Below the pieces are notes generated by a model. The model was not told the DNA's origin. It ran no database searches and saw only the letters and a program-made list of their open reading frames with translations. Positions 36,069 to 47,268 of a stretch of DNA of 64,000 nucleotides are shown piece by piece. Position numbers and translations under genes: made by a program. This stretch comes from Diplonema japonicum (taxonomy: Eukaryota; Protista; Euglenozoa: Diplonemea): assembly GCA_964019335.1 (NCBI GenBank), contig OZ025663.1:496001-560000 (forward strand). Direction: 5' to 3'. Numbering within the stretch: position 1 is the stretch's first letter; each line of letters begins with the position of its first letter.

Positions 36069-38122
36069 ATGCCCCCCTTTCAGGGATATGGCCCATCTGT
36101 TGTGCCATGCTACCAAGAGGCGTTGGCGAAGCTTAAGGAAGAGTTGATGCCACCATCGACTTATGTGAAGGCAACAGAGGCGTTGGGTGAGGTGGTGGGG
36201 GACATTTTGAAGGATTATGAGATGGTGGTGTGTGGCTCCTTCGCTCAAGGAACGGCGGTGGCGGGAAGCGACCTCGATGTGTCTCTCCTCCTGAAGGGCA
36301 ACACGGCAGGGGTGGACAGGACCCATGGAGTTCGGATCCTGGAAAAACTAATGGAAAAACTGAAAAAGACACTCCCCAAGGACTCTAACGGGTTGCAAGT
36401 GTCTGAAGCCGTTCTCACCGCGTCTGTCCCCATCCTACGGCTGCTCTACACCCCTGTCATCGGGGTTCACTCATCACTCCCCATCGACGTCTCTATCGGG
36501 AATGGCAACAGCGGGCAGCGTGACTCCATTGTCAAAGATATCCTACTGTGCAACCCCTCGGTCCTCCTCCCCCTCTCCATCATCAAGCATTGGACCAAAC
36601 GCCGCCATGTTGTCAAGGCTTATGAAGGCTTTCCGAACTCCATTTCGTGGTCGCTGCTATTCATTTGCCATTGCCAGCTTATCGGCCTTCTCCCACCCCA
36701 TACAGGCATACAGGGTTGGATCCCCAACCCCACCTGCCTCACGGAAGCCGCCATCCTGACGTCTTTCTTCGGCTTTGTCTTCCAATACTCCTCCGACGGT
36801 ACCTTTGCTGCATTTAAGTGCAGTGTCTCCTCCGGCTGCTTGCAGCAGCGTCCCCATGACAGCGGCGACAGCCCTCTCTGGGTGGCTGACCCCGTCGACC
36901 CCACTAACAATGTAGCGAGAAGCATTAAACCCCACCAGTGGTCCATCGCCGTGTCCGAAGCGAATAGAGCGTTCACGCTGCTCAGCAGCTTTTCACCTCT
37001 CACCGAGCTCCTTGCTGACAAGCTCGTCGACTCCACCAACAGCGACGAAGGGTCTTGCTCCGTAGACGAGGCATCCTCACTGGCGTCCCTTCCACTATCC
37101 GAGGAGCCCCCCACTGGGAGGGCACTGCTGTGGAATGGTGAAGCCGCCACCTTGTCGAAGTTTGAAACAATGCAATCTGCAAACCTTGTGCCTTCCGTAC
37201 CTGCTATGGTGGTACCGGCTGCGGCGTGTGTGGGGGACTGCGTGGTGGCAACAGGGTTGCAGAAAGAAGTGCACATCAACAACGCAAAGGGTGTGGTGGT
37301 GGAGAAACGGGAGGGCTCCTTGAAGCTGGTGGACTTCCTGGACCCCCCGCACGGGCGGCTTGTCATCGACACGGCCAACATCAAAGTGTTGGGCGCAGAG
37401 GCCGTGTTCCCGTTGAGCAGCATGGTGCAGGCGCATGGGCTGGTGAAGAATAAGAGTGTAAACGGGTGCAACGGGATCGTGGTAGGGCATGAGGAGGGGT
37501 CCGTGTTGGTGCAATTCCCGCAGCCGCACGGTGGGATGAGTGTGCAGCCGCGAAATCTGCTGCAGGTGAAGACGCAGATGCCGCCGTCGCCACTTGTCTC
37601 GTCGTCGGCCACTACTTCTACAACTTCCTCGGTGGGGCCGCGCAGGTCTTCTGTCTCATCTCTAACCTCCGACTCAGTCGACGTAGATGCGCCGCATAGC
37701 TCGCAATACGAGTTTGAGCTCCGCCCCACCACACCACCCACGTACTACTGCAAGGCGACAGGCACCACGTCGGCAACACCTCCTCCAGGTTATCACCACT
37801 GGCTAGGGACTACCCTCTTTCACCTACTTGCATACATGGGGCCAGAAGCACCTAAGGTGACGGGGATGCTCCTCGACGTATGTGCAAATAAAAAAAGGGG
37901 GGGGGGGGAATTATTATTCACAGGCATCTGCCGCAGACCCTTATAAAGTCTGGTCTCTTCTCTCATCTCCTAAGCAGCTGCGCGCTCAGGCAATGATCGC
38001 TGCTGCTCACATACACCATCACGCTTGCAGGGTGTGTGGAATAGAGTAAAAAAAATAGGGAAAAAAAAAAAACACAGATGCAAATGCAGCAGCCAGCACA
38101 GCCAAGCGTGAGACATGATTAA
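36069..38122 (+). CDS. Non-canonical poly(A) polymerase/TUTase (Cid1/Trf4-like) with two SH3-like repeats and C-terminal MLLE (PABC)-like domain; predicted introns 37878-37923 and possibly 38032-38077
   Basis: GSFAQG...SDLDVSL, IDVS, DPVDPTNNVARS; LGTTLFHLL...APKVTGMLLD/ASAADPYKVWSLLSSPKQLRAQ resembles MLLE. If the last intron is not spliced the stop is at 38049. Confidence 0.8.
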
Positions 38123-38173
38123 AATAAAAATTTTGACTTTTTTTTACTAAAAAATAAACACCAGCAGCCATTG

Positions 38174-38499
38174 ACTGAAGTCGTTACGAGTCATAGGGCC
38201 GATTGCCAAAAAATCGTCCCACAATCGGCCTCATTTAGGAGGCTGGAGCCATGTTGCAAATATAAGCTTTATCCGGCTTTATCCGGTAGTCAAGGCCCTT
38301 ACTTCCATGGCGAGGGTCCTTCCCCGGGCATTCCGGTGGTGGGCCTGCGGTTGGTGTGGCCTCTCCGGCTACTACCCGGCCTATCCCTGCCCACCCGGTT
38401 TACCCCTACCCAAAGGCAAAAATACGGGGGTCCTGCTTAAGAAAAACTACCATAATCGGCCTAGGCGATTATGACTCTATGACTCATAATGACTTCGGT
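38174..38499. mobile_element. MITE, possibly PIF/Harbinger-like
   Basis: ~23-bp imperfect TIRs ACTGAAGTCGTTACGAGTCATAG / CTATGACTCATAATGACTTCGGT; flanks TTG and TTA. Confidence 0.55.
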
Positions 38500-38518
38500 T
38501 TATGAACAGCAAAAAGAA

Positions 38519-39480
38519 AATAGCTATTTATTTGCAACAAATTATGGCCATAATCTACTCGAGAATCGTGGGTTTTTTGGCCGAGGGCCCACAGGGCCCG
38601 AGGTCAAAAAAAACGGTTCGAGAGTAAATGGGATGGCCATATTTTGGCGCAAAGTAAGTAATTTTATCTGATAGTTCAGAAATTGAGTCACTCCGAGTGA
38701 CCGAGAAAGTGGGCCAAAAACCCAAAGCCAAATTATGGGCTATCAACTGTCAATAATAGCTATCAAATTATGAAAAACGGCCTATTTTTAGCTGATTCAG
38801 GCGGAAGTACGGTGACCCAACACATTTTTAGTCCCCCAGGCAACCCTGTTGACCTGTGACATGGCACCTTTCCAGGTTGTAGAAAACAAACAAAGCACGG
38901 TACAGCAAGAAGCGGTTCAGCGGCTCAGATCCAGGGCACTCCATAGACATGAGCTCCTCGAGATCCTCCTGTTCGAAAGTAGATGCTTTCGTCGGGGCCC
39001 TTGTGCTTCAGCACGCTTGCAAAAAAGTTTGACACGGTCCTATTCCCCAACCTTCTGGTTGCACTTTTCCTTAAAAACTGCCCTATTTGGGAGTTCTTGG
39101 TTCAAAGAGAAGAAGGGGCCGTTTTTCTTCAGCTTCCTAAGATGAGCGACTTCAGTTTCTTCGTCTTTTCCCCACGAAAGTCAGCCCATGTTTTCAGGTA
39201 CTGTGCTTTGCTTATTTCGGGTAGAAGACTCTCTTCTTTCTTCGTTTTCGGCATTTGATGTTTCTTTTTTTTGATGATCTTGAGCTCAAATGTGTTAAAA
39301 AGAATTTCACTCTGCCCCCAATAATGTCACTTTCTCCCCTATAATTTGGCAGCCACAGACCATTAACACCTAAGTCTTGCCCATAATTGAGCTATCAAAT
39401 TATAGCCCGGATTATCAAATTATGAGAGGGGGGGTAATCAGATAATAGGAGTGAAGAAATTTCTGAACTATCAGATAAAA
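38519..39480 (+). mobile_element. Hairpin-ended DNA element, copy D, carrying a tyrosine-recombinase remnant
   Basis: AATAGCTATTTA end, hairpin with GGGCCC-ACA-GGGCCC, and 33-bp inverted repeats at 38662-38694 and 39448-39480. Confidence 0.8.
38860..39254 (-). pseudogene. Frameshifted N-terminal fragment of a Crypton-like tyrosine recombinase
   Basis: Minus-strand pieces MPKTKKEESLLPEISKAQYLKTWADF, APSSL*TKNSQI, VKLFCKRAEAQG and PTKASTFEQEDLEELM...VFYNLERCH resemble LLPxxSxxxY, STLWxxYS, PKKSxxFxxEE and the first catalytic Arg region. Confidence 0.6.
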
Positions 39481-39863
39481 AAAAAGGTAGGGGGGGTGTG
39501 TGGTCTTCTTCGGAAGAAGGGTTGGGGGGGTGGGGGGGGGTTCGTATTCGTTTCTTCAAAATTTTCTCCCTTTTTTTTCCCCCTCCCTCTTTTTTTTTTT
39601 TTTTTTTTTCGTGTCCATAAAAGGGTGGCGTTTCCAATGGCCCCCTCTCTTCTTTTCTTTTTTCCTTTTTTTTTCAACCGCGAGTCTGTATCATATCAAA
39701 ATCAATGAAGGGGATAAGAAAAAATATTGATTGGAGGACGGCTTCTTTAAACACTTTCATTTTAAATCTAGTGGCAGACATAACACTTGTGTGTGTGGGC
39801 AAGAACAGACACTGGAGGTCGAGTTGAGCTCGTCCCATGGGAAAAAAAAAGGAGGGGAAAAAA

Positions 39864-39936
39864 TGCGAGGTGCCAGGATCGAACTGACGACCTTAGGATT
39901 ATGAGACCTACGCGCTGCCGACTGCGCCAACCTCGC
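39864..39936 (-). tRNA. tRNA-Met(CAT), elongator type
   Basis: GCGAGGTTGGCGCAGTCGGCAGCGCG-TAGGT-CTCATAA-TCCTA...GTTCGATC...CCTCGCA; G1-C72, TTC in T-loop, T-run terminator. Confidence 0.92.
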
Positions 39937-40149
39937 CTGTGAAAGGCGTGGGGTCGCAACTCCTTATACCTGTTCTTCATTTCCCTTTTCTGGTTTTTTT
40001 TTTCGTGGGTGCTTTTTTCTTTTAAACGTAGTTTAGTACGGTGAGCTTCCGAAGCCTTAGCGTGTTGATTCCAGCCGGGACAATTAACCCCGATAGTACG
40101 TTCGTTTGTAGGCTTCGTTTCAAAATTACATGGATTTGAGAGTTTTAAG

Positions 40150-40184
<35 letters not shown>

Positions 40185-41243
40185 ATGGTTTCTTCTTTTC
40201 CTTTCTTCGATGCTCACATTGGATGGAGAAAGGCGGTTTAAGAATTTTTGTTTTGCATTTTTTTTCTTTTTTTTTTCTCTTTTTTTTTTGCTCCCTGAAA
40301 ACAGGGAGCTGACAAGGACTTGTTACCAGAAAGGTGTCAGCGTGATCGCTTTGATCCACTGATTTCAACTGTATAGCCTTTGCAGTGCGTGTCTCCAACT
40401 TCTGGTGGGAGAAAATAAAGGAACCCCTTCTCCATCTTATTTTTTAGTATGTTGTTCCCTTGCATCCCCACTCCCCAATTCGCCCCCACGAAATATGGAA
40501 CCGTTTCTTCTCTCTCCCTTTCTCTTGAATTTGTGGGGCAGAAAGACAAAAAAAAAAAAAGAAAAAAAAAAAGAATGAGAAAGTCCTGGTTAAAAAAGAA
40601 AGAAAAGAAAAGAAAAGAAAGAACTACGGGAAGTTCGACGATGACGAACAATTAACACACGGGAAATTTTTTTTTTTTTAAAAAAAGAATGAAAGTTGTC
40701 GGACTTCCCGGGACTTGAACGGCACCCCCCCCCTTTTTTTTCACCCGTGCTTGGGTCCAGAATCTTAGAAAAGAAAAAAAGAATAGTCCAGCAATAGTTT
40801 TTGCTATCTCACGTCTTTTTATCTTTACTCGTTTTAGAGGACCATGAGGTCAATCTTCAACAAGTGTGCAACACGCACGTCATTTTTCTTTTCTCCTTTA
40901 AGTCTTTCTCTTCTTCTTCTTGGACAAGAAGTGAGCACCCTGCACACTGAAAATTTATCGATTTTTTTTTCTCCTTCTTTTTTTTTTTTTCTTTCTCCCC
41001 TTTTACGTGTGTATTGTGTACGTGGTGTTTCGTTTATTTTTCCGAGAAAAAAAATAAAAAACGGACGGGACAAATACCCGTATTTTTTTTTCTTTTTTTC
41101 TAATCCTGCCATCCGGTAAATTGTGAACCTCTTATTATATAAGGCCTTAAAAGGACGAAAGGAAGGTTTCAGCAAAAGATAGTTTCTTTACAGCTGTGAA
41201 AGATGTCAGGCAATAGTCTTAATCAAGCGAATTTTTCTCTGCA

Positions 41244-41325
41244 GGCAAGATGGCCGAGCGGTCTAAGGCGCTACGTTCAGGTCGTAGTCTCTTCGGGGGC
41301 GTGGGTTCAAACCCCACTCTTGTCA
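41244..41325 (+). tRNA. tRNA-Leu(CAG)
   Basis: 82-nt cloverleaf with long variable arm, CTACG-TTCAGGT-CGTAG, GGTTCAAACCC and TTTT terminator. Confidence 0.95.
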
Positions 41326-43359
41326 TTTTTTAAGCTTAAAGGACGTTTGGGTGCAGAATTGTATCATTGCAGATCAAGATGGACATCACTCTTTGGCTGT
41401 TCTCCCGTCCTACAATGGGTTTAAAAGAAAGAAAGAAAAAAAGAAGGAAAAAAAAAAAAGAAAAAATGTCCCATGTTTTTTCTTCTCTCTTTTGGCTCAG
41501 TCCCGATGGTGAAGCAACCATCTATTACCAAACAATTCCGGGAAAGTTTAAAAAAATATATATATGAAAACGACCCTACCCCTGATTGTTTGTCTCGTTC
41601 GCCTTTTTGTGGTTTGTGTTTCTTTCATCCCCTTCCCCCCTTTTTTTTTTATCCTACGAAAAAAGATAATAACTTGGTTTGAAACCCTTAGACCCCGAAA
41701 GTCCTTCGGCTAAAACGTTTACCGACTACATTGTCGACAAAAAGAAAAAGAGAAGAAAAAAAAAGAATAAGAAAAAAAAAAGCAGATGGACGGTAGCTCG
41801 GCACTCCTTTAGCCGAAAGCAAAGGGGGAAAAAGGGGTTTTAAAACCCAAAGATCTCACCCCCCCCCCCCCCCCCTTCCCCCCCCCAAATAAAAACGAAG
41901 GCAAAAACATGGCAAAAAAAAGAAGAAGAAGAAAAAAAAGGCAAAGAAAAAAAAAAAAAAAAACTACCCTGTGCACGTCGGGTAGTATTTTGTTTTGACT
42001 TTTTCAAAAGGGAAAAATAAAAATAAAAATAAAATAAAGCATAAAAGAAATGTAAGAGAACAAAAAAAATAATAGTAATCGTAAGAGGCGTGTTTTGAAA
42101 TGCGGATCAAGTAGAATGGCTTTTCAAGGCTAAAATTGCAATCAAGAGTCTACTTTGAGCATTTCAATTTAGGAGGGGGGGAAGAAAAAAAAATATACCT
42201 CTAGTTGGCTATAGGTTTCAAGAACTGAATTATAGGCAGCCCTGCGCTGACACGAGCTGCCTTATGCAAAGTGTTTTGTTACTTACCAAACCAACGAAGA
42301 GGAAAAGAAAGAGAATAGAAAAAGCGTGAAATCGAAAAAAAAAATTAAATAATGAGTCACTCTTTGCACCCAGAAAAAAAAATGAGGGAGGTTCAAATCT
42401 GTTACCAGTGGTATCAATGCGGCCTGTAGATTTTTTCTTCCCGGTATATCCCGGCAGGAGCAGAGGTTCCCTTTTGAACCGAGTAAAAAAGTAAAAAAAA
42501 AAAAAATCAAGATTTAAAGATTTATGAACCACCCCAATTTCAGATTCTTTCGGTCACCGAGTGAAGGAAATTTTCAAAAAAAAAAAAAGAAAAAAAAAAC
42601 CTTGATTTTTGCTTTCCTTCTTTTTTTTTTGCTTTGCATACCATTGAAATATATAAACCCTAGCATGAGCCCAAATGGCTAACATGCATTCGTTCGAAAG
42701 GAAATTATGGTGAGGTGAAGGGGATCCTGTTTAAATTATAGTCAGTTTTTCTATTTTCCCCTTTTTTTTTTTAAACCTAAGGGTCCTCAAGTGGGATTTG
42801 CCCTTAAACATCGCCTTCCCCCCCTCTTTTTTTCCATCTTTCCCTTTTTTTCATTTCAGTTTCATTTCTCTTTCCCGAAAAAAAAAAAGAATAAAGAAGA
42901 AACGAAAAAAAAGTTGTTCCTTAATTTCCTCTCCCCCCCCCCCCCCCCCCCCCCGCCCCTTTCTTCTTTATTTTAGTATTGAATGCACTCCTATTTCCCT
43001 TTCCCTAATTCCAATTGAGAAAAAAAAATCCTTCTCCTGTTTCTTTTTTATATTTCCATCTTGAATACCGGTAAGAAGACGGGTGGGTTTCCCCTAAAAG
43101 TTAATAAAAGGAGGGCAAAGCAAAAAAAAAAAGAGGGTTTTTTTTTTTTTTTTTTAATGTAGAGCAAGAGAAGGGGGGGGAAAAAAAAGGAGGAAAACAA
43201 TTTCTCTCCGAGGAAACCAGTGGTGAGTTATAACATAATATTTCCCTACCCTCTTTTCCTCTTCGCCCCCTTTGGACCCCCCCAAAAAAAAACCCTTTTT
43301 GAGATACTAGTTATGTTTGCACGTTTCTTTTTTTCTTTTTCTTTTTTGTTTCCCTTCCT

Positions 43360-43390
<31 letters not shown>

Positions 43391-43559
43391 CTTTTTTTTT
43401 TTCCCTTTCCCTCCTCATTCCCATCTTTCATTTGGTCTCGCGAGGCAAATAACGTAAACATCATTGTAGTGCCATATTCGGGGGTGGGAAGGGGTGGTGA
43501 GAGGGGAAAAAAAAAAAAAAAAAGAAGAAAAAAGAGTTTAAAAAAAAAAAATCCCCAAT

Positions 43560-44048
43560 ATGCTCAGACACACGCCCTTACTACTAAAGGGCTTACCTAT
43601 AATATCAAAGTACACGTTGCAAGGGGTACCTGTTGCAGAAGTGACGAACGGAAAGTGGAAATATGTTCTCGTCGAAGTGGCGAACAACGAATTCAGCACC
43701 GAGGCTGAACCCGAGAGGCCTGAATGGGTGAAAACCCTTTATGGACCGAAGGGCCTCGGCTACGTGGTAGATCAAAGACCATGCACGAAATGTGACGAAA
43801 ACGGCCATGCGTGTGATCGTAGTTGCTACCACAAAGCCCTAACCAAACCAACCTGTGTTAAACTTGATGAGAAAGGCTACAAGACATGGATGACAGGAGG
43901 GGGGTGGATAGATGTCTGTCATGATGCAAAAACCATGCACATAACGGGAGTGAGCATAGCGCTAGGACCCGGGGACCACGACACCACCGCAAAAATCCTG
44001 TCTCACTCCTTCCCCGACTACAGTGTAACCTTCGAGTCTCTTGTGTAA
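43560..44048 (+). CDS. PHPT1: 14-kDa phosphohistidine phosphatase (Janus/Ocnus family)
   Basis: GKWKYVLV, YH, GGGWI...KTMHITGVSIALGPGDH...FPDYSVTF. Confidence 0.8.
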   Translation: MLRHTPLLLKGLPIISKYTLQGVPVAEVTNGKWKYVLVEVANNEFSTEAEPERPEWVKTLYGPKGLGYVVDQRPCTKCDENGHACDRSCYHKALTKPTCVKLDEKGYKTWMTGGGWIDVCHDAKTMHITGVSIALGPGDHDTTAKILSHSFPDYSVTFESLV

Positions 44049-44143
44049 AACCAGATTTTCCCCCCCACCCTCCCTTTATTTTTTTTTTTTTTTTTTTCGT
44101 TCTCCCTGAGGAGCAACCCTAACCCACCCAGCAGGGCAATGCC

Positions 44144-46230
44144 ATGAAGGGTCCGCTTGCATGGTTTTGCAAATGCACCGTCGACAAGTCCGACGCAGTA
44201 AAGGAAGACCCCGTCTTTGTGGTTCAAGCGGAGGAAAAAGCAGAGCGGCAGAAAATACATAAATCATGGGCACAGGGGTGGGTCGTCATAACAGGGAAGG
44301 TTCGCAAAGGGATCAATGTTGCACCCAGCGACCCGCTTACAGTATCCGTCCCGTCATTCAGAGACAGCAGCCAGGAGCGCCCTGTACATAGCAGCAACAC
44401 ACATATGAAGATTGTGCATATCTTCCGTACCTTTGACACGGCGGGGAAGGACGTGTGGGAGTTGGACGAGCTGCGCTTGTGGTCGTCGATCTGCTTGAAC
44501 AGAATAACAAACGAGCAGGACTATCTGGAAATATGCTTTGCGACCTCAGCGCAGCCCTCGAAAGGATTGCTCCTTAAGAACATTGCCACTTACTACTTCC
44601 GCAAAGGCCGACGTGAAACCGACAACCACTTCGCTGCCTGCATCTCCATCGAAGACAGGCTCAGGCGGCCCACCCCCGACCACGACGTCGTGACATCTGC
44701 AGACAGGATCGAGATACGAGCAGCGCTAAACACCGTTCTGCACAGCATCCCAAGCAGGAACAGACGCTGGGCCGTCATCGCCATCCGTGGCCTCCAGATA
44801 GCCATCGCAAGGACTGCGGCGGAGCAGCGCTACCGAGGGAGGCGACGCGACCTCCTCATCAACCTTTGCCTGTGGTTGGACTGTCAAGCAGGCAGCCACG
44901 TGGACCCAATGCTCCCAAGGAAGACCGTCTCCACAGTAAGACGTACTGAACGTGCGTCGCTGAGCCCTTATGACACCCGCCACAGCCTTGCTGTCTCTAT
45001 CTCACCCATTACACCTGTCATGGAACCCTTGGACATTCCGCAGCCCGCGCCCCTTGCACCGCTTGCACCCCCATCGTACGGGGCACTGTTCAGCGATGAT
45101 GCTCGGGACGCGGTGAAGTCTTCGCGAGACGTGCACCTCATCAAGATAGGTGTGAGCACACCCGCGCAGCCCTGGAAGGGCGACGGCGTCATGCGGTACC
45201 TCCAGCTGCCCACTGACATCACTCATCGTGCGGCATGCGCGCTGAAACGCAACCAGCACAGCACATGGTCCCTGCAGGACACGGGGGACGCGTACCACAT
45301 CTCGCAAGAGGGCTTGTTCCTGTCTGCAGAGCGTGATGCCAACAAACGCGACGCCAACTCAGTCTACTGCAGCGTGCGGAGTGGCGTGGGGAGACAGTCG
45401 GCGTGGCATCTGGAAGACGCTGTCGGTGGCGACTGTGTTTATATTTACACAATAAGCGAAGACAGTAAACTATACTTGTCCCTGTACCATTATGAGGGGA
45501 TGGACTACGAGAGTGCGGCCGATACCATATGGGTTTGCGCTCATGAGTGGAAATCTGCTGCCGCCACTTGGCACGTGCAGGATGCTCAGCAAGAAGAGAG
45601 TTGCGACGAGACGGAAGAAGCCATGCGGGGTAAGAGCTGCCTTACGACGGCGAGCTCCGATTGGAAGACGATTTCCGAAGGGATGAGCCTGAAACAAGAG
45701 GAGGTGTGTTTTGAAGAAGAAGAAAAGAATAAAACCCTCCGACCCCACTCATCAGGAACGGTCGGTGTCAGCATCGCCTCCTCTGCCGCCTCGACCGACG
45801 TCGCCTTACTCGTATGTACATAAGAATAAATAAATAAAAAAAATACAGATCACATTCTGAAGGAGCTGCTCCACTATCGCCGCCACCGGTTGCACCGAAG
45901 AAGCTTGTAAAAAAAACGTTGAAGAAAATAGTGAGGAAGGTACGGCCGTCAGAGGACAAGGCACGGAGCTCGAGTACAGGTGTGGATGTTACAAAGGCTG
46001 CCTCTAGTCGTGAGCTGTCAGCCACATACGAAACACCTACAAGGACCAGGGGTAGCAGTACTTTAAGCAGCTCCAGTGTAGGCTCGCTCAAAGGCACCCC
46101 TCGTGGGGAGGCGAAAGGCCCTTCATCTTCGACGAAGAAGCCGCTTGTACGCAGAGATGTTAAAACGAGAAGCGCGAGCGCAACAAGCACCGCAGGGAAG
46201 AAATCTGTTAAGATAGTGCAAGAGGCGTAG
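44144..46230 (+). CDS. Unknown protein (EF-hand-like and beta-trefoil-like regions, basic Ser-rich tail); predicted introns 45704-45755 and 45812-45848
   Basis: IFRTFDTAGKDVWELDEL; repeated W-containing motifs. Two GT-AG introns join the 44144 and 45919 ORFs in frame. Confidence 0.65.
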
Positions 46231-46567
46231 AATGACCCTTTGCCCTGTGTCTAGTCCTCAAAAGGAGCCCTCTATAGAGAGGCTGTTCTACTTTTTGAAC
46301 GAAAAGAATGAAAGTTGCATCTTTCCTTAGAATACTCGTCGTCCGTGTGTTGTATGTGCGTGAGGGGGGGAAAAAAAAAAGAGAGCTTCTACTTTTGTTG
46401 TTTTCCCCCCGAAGGTTTAAAGCGAAAAAAAGAAGAAGAAGAAAAAAAAGAAAATAGAAACACAGTTCTCTCGCCCCCCCCCCTTTTTTTTTCCCTACGC
46501 AGTTTTTGTTTTGATAATTGTCTTATTATTAAGAAATAAAAATACAGTATTTTCTATTACCCATCTA

Positions 46568-46607
<40 letters not shown>

Positions 46608-46669
46608 ATTCTTCGATAGGTGTTGGTTGGAAAACTCCTAATACGAATTAATAATAAAAATTTAAAAAA

Positions 46670-46869
46670 ATGGCGTGTAAGTGCAAAGAAGGGTATCTAG
46701 AAAAGTATGGATAAAAAAAAAAAAAGAAAAAACCAAACCAAAAACAGGTACTCAATCGGATCACGATTTACAATTCGAAAAAACTGGCAGAAAAGATATA
46801 TGAAAAGCACCCCTGAAGGATTGCAATATTATAAAACTGGGGAGGAAAAAAATCCGAAGGTTTGCTTTA

Positions 46870-46928
<59 letters not shown>

Positions 46929-47148
46929 ACAGGGTTTCGTACCTTACGGTTTTGATACTACTTTGTTTACAAATGTTGATCAGAGTATACACCCCGAGGC
47001 AATTGAGGGGGGCTTTCATTATTTCGCAATTCAATTTGCAGACCCCAACGGCGGGCGGGTGAAAATGCTGCTCCTCAAAACTCTGTCCATTAAAGAAAAG
47101 GCGGAGTGGTGCGAAGCACTGGCCACAATGATGGCCAGAGCTGATTAA
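46670..47148 (+). CDS. Small PH-domain protein; exons 46670-46704, 46748-46859, 46933-47148
   Basis: Spliced product MACKCKEGYLEKYSIG...KNWQKRY...LQYYK...PKGFVP...EKAEWCEAL is a canonical PH pattern. Confidence 0.85.
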
Positions 47149-47268
47149 GCCCATCCATTTTCCATCTAGCTCGAATTTTTTTTCTTTTTTTTTTTTATAC
47201 ATGAAATAGACCCCCCCCCCCACCCTCCCCTTCTTTTCCTTCTAATTTGTTGAAATCCAGGGAAAGCG

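Noticed and set aside
40690-40770. Minus-strand B-box-like GTTCAAGTCCCGG
   Set aside because: No complete cloverleaf; at most a decayed tRNA or SINE fragment.
42340-42580. Possible fifth, eroded hairpin element (AAATAATGAGTCA, GAGTGAAGGAAA)
   Set aside because: Only short patches match and the ends cannot be defined.
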